Source: the human T2T-CHM13v2.0 reference genome, Homo sapiens
Strand: one strand, 5' to 3'
Length of the DNA stretch: 64,000 nt
Assembly: GCF_009914755.1 (NCBI RefSeq)
Contig: NC_060931.1
The notes beneath the pieces were generated by a model, which was given only the letters and a program-made list of their open reading frames with translations, did no database searches and was not told where the DNA came from. The translations under genes were made by a program, and so were the position numbers. Positions 1-21,925 of the stretch are shown piece by piece (within the stretch, counting starts at the first letter, position 1; every line of letters begins with the position of its first letter).

Positions 1-2765
<2,765 letters not shown>

Positions 2766-2899
2766 TACCCGTCCCGGAAGCGTGGTCTCCGCCGCCTGCC
2801 TCTGACGAAGCTTGTCCCGGCCGCGCCACCGTCGGACGCCCGGGGTCGGAGGTCACGGCGGCGTTGGAGGTGGCGTGGTTTTTTTTTTTTTTTTCACCC

Positions 2900-3132
2900 G
2901 GAAACCGCGGTTGCCGGAGCCCGAACTGAGGCGGCGGCGGGAGCCCGGTTGGCGTCTGGTCTTCGCGTCGGCCCCGCGGAGCCAGACGCTGCCCCCGGCG
3001 CGGGGAGAAGATGGTGCCTAGCGGCCTCGGGCCCGCCACGCGCCGCCACGAGTGAGCCCAGCGCGACCGCGGGCGTCCGCCGAGCAGCTGGCCCGGCTGG
3101 GCCCGGGGCGCGCAGCTGCCCGCCGGGGCGGG
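2900..3132 (+). other. TMEM248: Non-coding exon 1 (5'UTR) of TMEM248; TSS position approximate
   Basis: Within the CpG island; ends at donor GG|GTGAGC (GT 3133-3134). Exon 2 has an acceptor 18 nt before the ATG, so an upstream exon is required. Confidence 0.75.
3011..3055 (+). CDS. Upstream ORF in the TMEM248 5'UTR, MVPSGLGPATRRHE* (14 aa)
   Basis: aagATGg (A at -3, G at +4) at 3011; in-frame TGA at 3053-3055; inside the predicted exon 1. Translation is inferred. Confidence 0.55.
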   Translation: MVPSGLGPATRRHE

Positions 3133-4337
3133 GTGAGCCGGGGCTGGAGGGCGGGCTGGGGTCGGGCCCAGTCGGGGCTGCCCGCGGGGCCGGGAGCGGG
3201 GAGCGTGCTGGTCGGGAGCGGCTCCTCCGCCGGCTTTTTTCACCGCTTCTCAGGGTGCAGACCCCGCCCCAACTGCTGGCGGGGGTCGCCCAGCATCGGC
3301 CGACCTCGGCCTGGTCCCCCCACACTGGGGTTTGCCCACTCGCGTCCCCCGAGCCAGGGTTCCCTGCCGGCCTTGGAGATGGCGGGACTTCCCACGTCTG
3401 GAGCCGAGGCCTGGATAATTCGGATTTGGCACGGGAAACATCTTGGTCGTTTGCCATTTTTCGGCTTTGGGGAGTGTTTGCGTTTCTTCTCCGTTTGGCA
3501 GTGAAACACATCTCAGAAAGGTGGGAGGGAGAGACTCACGTACGTCCACAAAGTTAAATGGCATAGTGGTGTTCCCTGTGTCAAGCTTGGTAAATATCCG
3601 GAATGGGGTGGATTCTTTCTTCATGTTTTTAATAAAATGAGGAGTGATCGCAAGGTAATCTAGAGGCATGTAGTTTCAGTTCCCTTGATGGGGACCATCA
3701 GAAATAAAACCAGGCTTGTTGTGCTGTTTTGAGTCGTTTGAACGCCGTACCCATCGGACAGCTGGTGAGGAGGCCTTTGTGGAAGAATCTGATGTCTGAG
3801 TTTAGTTCTCAACTAGCAGGTGACAGCCCTCACTGGCTGATGAATGGTGAGCTTCTCTGAAGCCTGCTTTGTAAAGATTGTGGCTTCCGCCTGAACTGCT
3901 TCTTTCCTGCCTCAAAGGTGAGCCGCTACGGGAGGGAATGGGAAGAAAAACTCCGAGACTGCTGATGAATATGTGATAAAGTGGTTTGTCTCGATAGCAC
4001 CATCAGCTTGGGTCAGCTTAGGGTCTCAGCATGTGTATCTCATTTGTAGATGAGTGTTCCATCAGCGCTTGACCGATAAGGGTGTCCATCTACTTCCTCT
4101 TTTCATCTAGGGATTCTGACAGGAAATAGACCTGTCGCGCACCTAAGGTATACTTAGGTGTGCATTGACCCTAAGTGCATTTACTCTCTAGGATTAAGGA
4201 TTTGGAGTTTCAACTTGTAGTGAAGATTCTGGGAGAATTCCTGTGGCCTGAATCAGGTGGACTGGAATCACTGCTAGCACCGGAGTCTCAATGCTAAAAT
4301 CACCAAAGGCTAGTTAACTGGCACCTTCTCCGTTTAG

Positions 4338-6980
<2,643 letters not shown>

Positions 6981-6984
6981 CCAA

Positions 6985-8357
6985 AAATAACTGTATTAAC
7001 TATATTTACCACACTGTGCAATATAACTCAAAAAAGAAAAAATATATTCCTTTTCTCTAACGGACTTTGTACCCTTTGACCATCATCTCCCTGTTCCCCA
7101 CCCCCTGCTTCTGTAACCATAGTTCTGCTCTCTGCTGCAATGAGTTCCATTGTCTTCTAGATTCCACATATAAGTGGAATCCTATATTGTGCTTCTATGC
7201 CTGGCTTATTTCTCTTAGTATAACGTTCATCGCTTCTGTCCATGTTGTGGCAAATAGTGCTGCAGTGAACAGACATCTCTTTGACAATCTGATTTCAATT
7301 TGGGGTAGTATATATTCAGCAGTGGGATTGCTGGATCATGAAATAATTCTATTTGTAGTTTTTTCTTTTTTTTTTTTTTGGAGACAGAGTCTCGCTCTGT
7401 TGCCTGGATTCAAGCGATTCTCCTGCCTCAGCCTCCCGAGTAGCTGAGATTACAGGTGCACGCCACCACGCCACGCTAATTTTTTGTATTTTTAGTAGAG
7501 ACAGGGTTTCACCATGTTGGTCAGGCTGGTCTTGAACTCCTGACCTCATAATCCACCCGCCTCAGCCTCCCAAAGTGCTGGGATTACAGACGTGAGCCAC
7601 CACGCCCGGCCTATTTTTAGTTTTTAAAGGAATTTCTGTGCTGTTTTCCATCTTGGCTGTACTAATTTACATTCCCACAGTGCATGACGGCTCCCTTAGC
7701 TCCACATTCTCACCAGCATTTGTTTTTCTTTGATAAAAGTCATCCTGACAGGCGCGAGATGATATCTCATTGTGATTTTAATTTGCACTTCTCTAGTGAT
7801 TGTGATATGTTGGCCAACTATATCTGTTGGCCATTTGTCGGTCTCTTGAGAAACATCTGTTCGTGTCCCTTGCCCATTTTTTAATCCCTAGGGATTTGGA
7901 GAAGCTACTTGCAAACCATACGTCTGAAAAGGGGTTAATATCCAAAATATATACAAAGCTCAAACAACTCAGTAGCAAGAAAACAAAAAATCCAATTGAA
8001 AAATGGGCAGCCAGGCACCGTGGCTTACGCCTGTAATGCCAGCACTTTGGGAGGCCAAGGCTGGTGGATTGCTTGAGGTCAGGAGTTCGAGACTAACCTG
8101 GCCAACATGGTGAAACCCTGTCTCTACTAAAAGTACAAGAATTAGCTGGGCGTGGTGGCACATGGTTGTAAGCATGCTTACAAGCTACTTCAGCTACTCA
8201 GGAGGCTGAAGCAGGAGAATCACTTGAACCTGGGATGTGGAGGTTGTGGTGAGCCGGGTTCGCACCACTGCAGTCCAGCCTGGGTGACAGAGCAAGACTC
8301 CATCTGAAACAAAAAAAAAAAAAAAGAAAAGAAAGAAAAATGGACAAAGAACCTTGG
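6985..8357 (-). mobile_element. Old L1 (L1M-type) 3' fragment with an inverted 5' segment, interrupted by two Alus (7360-7611 -, 8010-8335 +)
   Basis: Antisense L1 3' motifs (gctgtactaatttacattcccac, gatatctcattgtgattttaatttgca) then a sense L1 segment (aaggggttaatatccaaaatatat...aaaaatgggca). Confidence 0.8.
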
Positions 8358-9284
8358 CCTTTCTTTAAAATGAAAAAACAGAAAGGAGGAAAGATAGAGG
8401 TTTTAGCAAATTGAATTTTCATTTAGATTGATTTCGAACATGGAAATCCTTAAGTTAACTTTCTCATGTACGAATCAAATACATTTGACAAGAGGTCTGT
8501 AGTGTTTTTTCTGCGTGTGATTACATACCTGAGTGTGATCCTGGGGAGTACATGACACAGCCTTCGAAACACTGCCGTTTGGACTTTTGTGTTGTTTGGT
8601 TACAAGTGCTGTTTTTCAAACATGTCCCAGTCTTACACACTGAGTTTGGTTACAGAAAGGTTTCATACTGAACTATTAGCTTTTGTTTGATCTTGGCATC
8701 CCTCATGACTTGTTTTCTTAAAAATTAAGCCCCAGATTATTAAATTTTAATATGGGAGTACTTTTAATTTTGGTGTTTAAGATGGTTGGCAATTATTTAA
8801 AAAACTAAAGAACAAAGATAAATTATTTTCCATCTTGAGACTGTAGTGAATTTTTTTAAGAAGCGGGGGGGTTGAACGTTACCATGGTTTTATATCATGA
8901 TTTTGAAAATGGAACGATGCATTCATTAACAACCGTAAGTGAGGAGAAATAAACGGGAAGTCTGAGTTTTAGAAGTAAGTCTGGTTCCAGACATGTAATT
9001 ATGTCAGCCTACATTCCTTTCCTTTTGTCTTTATGAGACTACTGATGTTGCCTAAACTACACGTTTAGCAACTAAAACTATGCTTTCTCTTGTAATTTCT
9101 TATTTGATCTTTTTTTTTTTTTTGAGACAAGGTTTCTCCCTGTCACCGAGGCTGGAGTGCAGTGGTGTGACCATAGCCGTGGCTCACAGTAGCCTTGAAC
9201 TCTTGGACTCAACTGATCCTCCTGCCTTGCCCTCCCAATTAGCTGGGACTATAGGTGAAACCATGCCCAGCTAATTTTTTTTAA

Positions 9285-9443
<159 letters not shown>

Positions 9444-9779
9444 TAAACGTGAGTTATTGTGAAAGTCTGTTCTACACTGTGAATTGTATCACATTAAGAA
9501 ACAAGACACTATTGGCAGAAGACTGTGCCAGTCTTTGCTTCATACTCTTAACTGATGAATGAGTGCTGAGATGGGAGGAATCCTGCTAAAGAAATGGAAA
9601 ATAGGCTGAGCACGGTAGCTCACACCTGTAATCCCAGCACTTTGGGAAGCCAAGGCAGGTGGATCACCTGAGGTCAGGAATTCAAGACCAGCCTGACCAG
9701 CTTGGTGAAACCCTGTCTCTACTAAAAATACAAAAATTAGCTAGGCCTGCTGGTGGGCGCCTGTAATCCCATTTAGTCA

Positions 9780-9878
<99 letters not shown>

Positions 9879-10069
9879 TCAGTCTTGAAAAAAAAAGAAA
9901 CTAAGTTAAACATTTTAAACTTCAAAAAAGTTGATCTCTTACTTGTGTCTTTGTTAAAATCAGTGACTAAAATGCACTTTGTATATCTATGGCATGTGAG
10001 TTGTTTTTTTTTTTCACTTTGGCATTTGACTTGAAACTGTCTTATCAACCTTGGCATTGTGATTGATAG

Positions 10070-10285
10070 CATGGCTTTTGGGGTCAGATGAATTAAGTCA
10101 GAATCCATTTCTGCCATTTATTTGCAGCATGACCTAGTACAAATTACTTAAGCTCATTTGCTTCAGTTTTCTCATCTGTAAAGTGGGAATAGTAGTATCT
10201 ATCTAGCAGTGTTGCAAGGATTAAAAAATATGTTAAGCGCTTGGCACGGTGCCTGGGAATGGCATGTTCTAAGTGGTAGCTGTTA
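10070..10285. mobile_element. MIR SINE
   Basis: Core motif cttcagttttctcatctgtaaagtgggaatagtagta. Confidence 0.75.
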
Positions 10286-11009
10286 AGAATGCTCTCTTCT
10301 CACTCCTTCGTCCTTGTCACCTGGTTTTTGCCTCTATCACCCTAGTGAAAGGGGTTTTGCTTACATCACTATTGATGTCTCGATTGCAAAATTATATGGA
10401 TGCTTTTCTGCCTTTTCTCATTTGATGGGATTGACTCTTAAAAAAATTTTTTTTTTCCTTTTTATTTTCATTTTTTGAGATAGGGTTTAACTCTGTCTCC
10501 CAGGCTAGAGTGCAGTGGTGCCATCACAGCTCACTGTAGCCTCAAACTCCTGGGTTCCGGTGATCCCTCCACCTCAGCCTCCCAAGTAGCTGGGACTACA
10601 GGTGTGCACCACCACACCCAGCTAAATTTTGTATTCTTTGTAGACACAGGGTCTTCTTGTGTTTTCCAGGCTGGTCTCGAATTCCTGGGCTCAAGTGATC
10701 GGCTGGCCTCAGCCTCCCAGAGTGCTAGAATTATGGGCAGGAGCCATTGTGCCCTGCCAGATTGACTTCTTTATGCAAACCTATATCATTTATTGGACCG
10801 AAGTAGAACTTAATGGTTAATGCATGGGCTCTGGAGGCCAACTGGATTTGAATCCAGGTTCACTTCCCGTGTGATCATGGGCACATTAGCTGACTTCTAT
10901 ATGCCTTAATTTCCGTATCTGTAAAATAGAGATGTTTTAGGGATCATACACAATAGGTGCAAAACTCTTAGAGCAGTGCCTCTCTCAAAAAGTAGGCAAT
11001 GACGGTAGA

Positions 11010-12235
<1,226 letters not shown>

Positions 12236-12675
12236 TGAAGTTCTCCTGTGTCTTCGTTGCTTCTCACTTGTCTCTCTGAAGGTTCATTCTGCCTGCACTG
12301 CTTTGCGGTGGGGCAGGAAGATGGTTTCTGCGCAGTGCTTGGGGCAGCTGGGTGCTGGAGCTTGCACAGGGTTTCTTTGATACCAGTAAGTGTCTTCAGC
12401 TCTAAGTGTTGGATAATCTGGCATCGCATCGATGACTGTTGTTTACTAGGCTCAGGGTTTGTAACCCCGGCCTTAAAGCTCTTTGAGGGTCTCAGACATC
12501 ACAGGATATTTGAGAAATGCTACTTTCTGCTACATGAAGGTGAGTTTCTGTCATTCTGTCTTAGCACAAGTCCGATGTATTTCCTTTGGTTGGCGTAGAG
12601 AGCAGGCTTGCTTCTCCCATCCTCTCTTCCTCAACTTTCAGAAACTTCCCATTTAACCTAAGGTAGAAAATCTCA

Positions 12676-12921
<246 letters not shown>

Positions 12922-13371
12922 TCACACTGCTGCATGCCAGCCTGGGTGACAGTGCGAGACAATATCTCAAAAAAAAAAAAAAAAAAAAAAAAGAACAGTT
13001 TAAAACTACAATAAAGTTAGTTTAAAACTTGGACAAGTAGCCATGTGTACATATGCGGGCTTTGGAGAGAGGGAGAAACTGAAAGGCTTCCTGTGTCTGT
13101 GGCATAATGAATGTTAACTTACTTTTTTTCTGATAAAATGTTATTAAGTTGCAAAATTACATTTTTTTTTTCCACCATGTTGGCCAGGCTGGAGTGCAGT
13201 GGCATGATCATAGCTCACTATAGCTTTGACCTCCTGGGCTGAGCCAGTCCTCCCACCTCAGACTCCCAAGTAGCTGGGCCATTGGTGTACACCACCATGC
13301 TTAGCTAATTTATTAAAAAATTGTTTTTTGTAGAGACGGGGTCTTGTTGTGTTGGCCAGGCTGGTTTCTAA

Positions 13372-13680
<309 letters not shown>

Positions 13681-13812
13681 TAGTCAGGATAGTCTCGATC
13701 TCCTGACCTCATGATCCACCCACCTTGGCCTCCCAAAGTGCTGGGATTACAGGCGTGAGCCACTGCACCCATCCGGCCTTCCTCCTTTACTAGCTGCTTT
13801 CCTCCCCTTATA

Positions 13813-13890
13813 TTAGGTTGGTACAAAAGTAATCGTGGTTTTTGCCATTATGTATTGGTGAAAACCGCGATTCCTTTTGCACCAACACAA
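13813..13890. mobile_element. MADE1 (Hsmar1-derived MITE)
   Basis: TTAGGTTGGTACAAAAGTAATCGTGGTTTTTGCCA...AAAACCGCGATTCCTTTTGCACCAACACAA, a ~80 bp palindrome matching the MADE1 consensus. Confidence 0.9.
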
Positions 13891-14184
13891 TTAACTGTGT
13901 TTTTGTTAACTCATGTAATAAAAAGTAAGCATCTCCTCCCACACCTCTCCCTTTCACCTGAACTAGTAGTGTTTTGAAAGTTTATAACACAGTCTTTTCC
14001 TGGCCACCCTTAAGGAACTTGTGTTCTTGCAACCTGTGGGTTGCTTGAAATATTATCAGGGTAACCTGGATATTGCCTTTTGCTTACGTAAAGCGCCTTC
14101 TGTTGGTTACCTGTTGCCTCAGTTTCTCCATCCCTGTTCTCACCTCGCCAGATGGAGGATTGTGCAGAGCACAGTTTTCCCTGA

Positions 14185-14313
<129 letters not shown>

Positions 14314-15851
14314 TAGCTGGGATTACAGGCGCACGCTGCCACTCCCGGCTAATTTGTTGTATTTTTAGTAGAGATGGGGTTTCACCATGTTGCCCAAGCT
14401 AGTCTCGAACTCCTGAGCTCAGGCAGTCCACCCGCCTCAGCCTCCCAAAGTGCTAGGATTACAGGCATGAGCCACCGCGCCTGGCCGATTTTATTTTTTT
14501 ATGGCAACTGTATGTGATATTTTAAGATCCTGTGGGTGTTTTGTTTGTTTGTTTTGAGACAGAGTCTCACTCCATCACCCAGGCTGGAGTGTAGTGGCAC
14601 GATCTTAGCTCAATTCAACCTCCCAGGTTCAAGCAATTTGTGCCTCAGCCTCCTGAGTAGGTGGGACTACAACCACGCGCCACCACACCCGGCTAATTTT
14701 TTGTGTTTTTAGTAGAGACAGGGTTTCACCATGTTGCCCTGGCTGGTCTCGAACTCCTGACCTCAGGTGATCCGCCTGCTTCGACCTCCCAAAGTGCTGG
14801 GATTACAGGCGTGAGCCACTGTGCCTAGCTCCCGCTTTGTTTTGGTGGTTGTGGGGGATAAGAACTCACTCTGTTGCTCAGGCTAGAGTGCAGTGGCGTA
14901 ATCAATCATAGCTCACTGCCGCCTCAAACTCCCAGGCTCAAGCCATCCTCCTGCCTCAGCCCCCCACGTAGCTGGGACTATGGACGTGTGCCACCACGCC
15001 CAGATCTTGTGTTTTTGATAGGTACAATACTGGGGAGAAATCCTGCTTTATTCAGTTGTCCCCTGCTATTGTTGGATATGTAGTTTTCCATTTTTTAACA
15101 ATTGCAAACACTCCAAAAATAACTCTGAGTAGTTAAATCTTTGGAGCAATGGGTGTTTCCTTAGGTTTAGTTCTTAGAAGTAGAATGTTGGAGATAAAAT
15201 ATGCCAGATTTTAACACTATTGATATGTATAGCCAAGTTGGTTTCCAGAAAGTTTATAACACAGCTGTTTCCACGCCCCTTTTTAAGGAACTTGTGTTCT
15301 TGTAACTTGTGGGTTGCTAGAGATATCTTTGGGATAATCTTGGTATTGCCTTTTGCTTGCTTACAGTGCCGTCTGATGTTTAGCGTCTTCACTGAGTTAG
15401 TCTCAGAGATCTAAGGTACTGTGCTGATAGATTTTCATCACATGTTCTCACGTGCTTGTGAATTTGCCTTTTGGCCATGTTCAGTGTACCCTAAATCCCT
15501 GAACTTTTCAGAGAGGCAGCTTCCCAGCAGTGGTCATTTCTTTCTTCATCTTGGTCAATACCAGGATGCCCTAATTGGAGTTGGAATGAATTTAGCGGGA
15601 GGGGTCAAATAGTGTGCTTTCTTTTATCTCTTTTTCTTTTTTTTTTTCCTAAACAGAACTTAATTTATTCATTAATTAAAACTAACATTTGCCACTGTGA
15701 CGCTTACAGAAATTTTCTCGTAACTCTTTGCAGAGGGGATACATTTATTTAGTCTTCATTAATTTCCTATTTGAAAACGCTTGTGAATGGTAGAAAGGAA
15801 TTTTAAGTTTGTAAAATGTTTGGAATCTTAATAGTTTTATTCAAGCTTTCT

Positions 15852-15887
15852 TTTATTATTATTATTATTTTATTATTATTATTATTT
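15852..15887. repeat. (TTA)n microsatellite derived from an Alu tail
   Basis: ttattattattattatttttattattattattatttt at the head of an antisense Alu. Confidence 0.8.
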
Positions 15888-15890
15888 TGA

Positions 15891-15995
<105 letters not shown>

Positions 15996-16412
15996 TGAGT
16001 AGCTGGGATTACAGGCACACGCCGCCATGCCCAGCTAATTTTTGTATTTTTAGTAGAAATGGGGTTTCATCATGTCAGTCAGGCAGATCTCGAACGCCTG
16101 ACCTCAGGTGATCCACCCGCTTTGGCCTCCCAAAGTGCTGGGATTACAGGCGTGAACCACTGCGCCCGGTCCATTCTTTCGCTTTTTTAGTGACTATAAT
16201 TGTCCTGTGCTGGAAGTTTCCCTAAATTAAATTGGCTTATGTTGACAATATTTGCCATTTTGTGGGTATTTCTGTTGATATAATTGTTTAAATTCTGGTG
16301 TGATGTGCTTTTAATGACTATTAGTTTTCCTTGAAGTGAATTCTAATTCAGATTTTTCTACTGTTTTCCTGAATGTTTCATAATTGTAGTTCCAAGTGGT
16401 AAGTGGGTCCTA

Positions 16413-16559
<147 letters not shown>

Positions 16560-16671
16560 TTAAAAAAAGACAAAAATTAACCAGGCATGTTGGCATGCAC
16601 CTGTAATCTCAGCTACTCAGAAGGCTGAGGCAGGAGAATCACTTGAACCCAGGAGGCGGAGGTTGCAGTGA

Positions 16672-17163
<492 letters not shown>

Positions 17164-17380
17164 TAAATCATCTCTAGATTACAGTACCTAATGCAATGCA
17201 AGTACTATGTAAATAGTTTTTATACTTTTTTGAAACGGAGTCTTACTTTGTTGTGCAGGCTGGAGTGCAGAGGCACGACGTTGGCTCACTACAACCTCTG
17301 CTTCCCAGGTTCAAGGGATTCTCATGCCTCAGCCTCATGAGTAACTGGGATTATAGATGCACACCATCGTGCCCAGCTAA

Positions 17381-17509
<129 letters not shown>

Positions 17510-17514
17510 TGACC

Positions 17515-20005
<2,491 letters not shown>

Positions 20006-21320
20006 TTGGGCTTTCTTTATAGGACAGTGAAAACATTTGAAAATTGATAGTGAGGGTTGTTGTTCAAATCAGTGAATATACCAAAAATCATTGAATTGTA
20101 TACTTTAAATGGGTGAATTGTATGGTATGTGAATTATTTCTTAATACTATTAAAAATATCAAGAACCTTTCTTTTTCTTTTCTTTTTGTTTTCTTTTGAG
20201 ATGGAGTCTCGCTCTATCGTCGAAGCTGAAGTGCAGTGGTGTGATCTCGACTTGCTGCACCTCCGCCCTCCGGGTTCAACTGATTCTCCTGCTTCAGCCT
20301 CCCAACTAGCTGGGACTACAGGCACATGCCACCATGCCCAGCTACTTTTTGTATTTTTCATAGAGACGGGGTTTCACCATATTGGCCAGGCTGGTCTTGA
20401 ACTCCTGACCTCGTGATCCACCTGCCTTGGCATCCCAAAGTGCTGGGATTACAGGCGTGAGCCACTGTGCCTGGCTTCTCAAGAACCTTTCATATGGCAA
20501 AAGATACCATAAACCATATTAAAGAAAACCCAGACTTGGATTAATTATACGTAACATATAAAACTGTTAAAGGCTTAGTACCCAAAACACAAAAGGAATT
20601 TCTAAACATCAATAAGAAATAGACTAACACCCTATTAGTAACTTACCAGAGGATTCAGGCAGTTCAGTTAAGATTGGGCCTAAATGGCTGATTAAAAAAG
20701 CGGAAAGATGCTTTGTTTCAGGGAGATACCATTTAAAATAATAGAGATATCATTTCACATCTGTCTTTTTGGACCATATTAATATGCCTTAGGAAATCAA
20801 GTGTTGGCACAAATCTCATGGAATGGAGCAGGCTCCTTCACTGCTGGGGAAGTGTAAACTGGTTGATCTCCTTGGAGAGTGGTCTGACAATATCAGGTTG
20901 AAGACAGGCCCTACTCTGTGACTTTGTTGTACTACAGCCACTCTTGTACCTGTTGCAATGCGCTTGGTGGGTGAAACAGTAACAGGAACCCAGCTAGGCC
21001 CCTCAGACTGGAATAACTCAACCACAGAACAATTACATATATACATCAGTGAAATTCAACGAACTAGATCAACAGAGATCAACAGAGATGTCAGAAAAAC
21101 AATGTTGAGTGAAAGTGGCATGGAAAATGTGTTGCTGTTGATTTTTAGGGGCTGTTGATGCATCTTTTTGTCTCTAAAATTTAAACGCTGATACAGACTT
21201 TTTAAAAAATTGCTTTTTGCTAATGTTGTCGCAGTTTGCTCGTGTTTATAAGTGCTCATTGTGTGCCAGCTACTGTTCTAGGGGCCAGGGGCCAGGGCTG
21301 TAGCTGTGAACAAGACAGGC

Positions 21321-21596
21321 AAAATCTCCACTCTCACTGGGCTCATAAATGAGGGATGACAGATAGTAAACAAGTAGGAAAATAATTGTGCTCTTGGTTG
21401 ATGCTAAACAATATAAAGGAAATAAAGCAGGGGCTGAGGGTGACCAAGGAAGGTGTGCAAAATCTCCGCTCTCGTTGGGCTCATAAATGAGGGATGACAA
21501 ACAGTAAACAAGTAGGAAAATAATTGTGCTCTTGGTTGATGCTAAACAATATAAAGGAAATAAAGCAGGGGCTGAGGGTGACCAGGGAAGGTGTGC
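21321..21596. repeat. Direct tandem duplication, 2 x 138 bp (~96% identical), inside an L2-like element
   Basis: Copy 1 21321-21458, copy 2 21459-21596; 6 mismatches counted by eye. Confidence 0.92.
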
Positions 21597-21646
21597 TCTG
21601 AGGAGCTGGCTATTAAACAGAGACTTGCATTTTTTTTTTTAATTGA

Positions 21647-21925
<279 letters not shown>

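Noticed and set aside
21321-21596. Direct repeats as a possible CRISPR-like array
   Set aside because: Only two abutting copies with no spacers, in a primate intron; simple tandem duplication.
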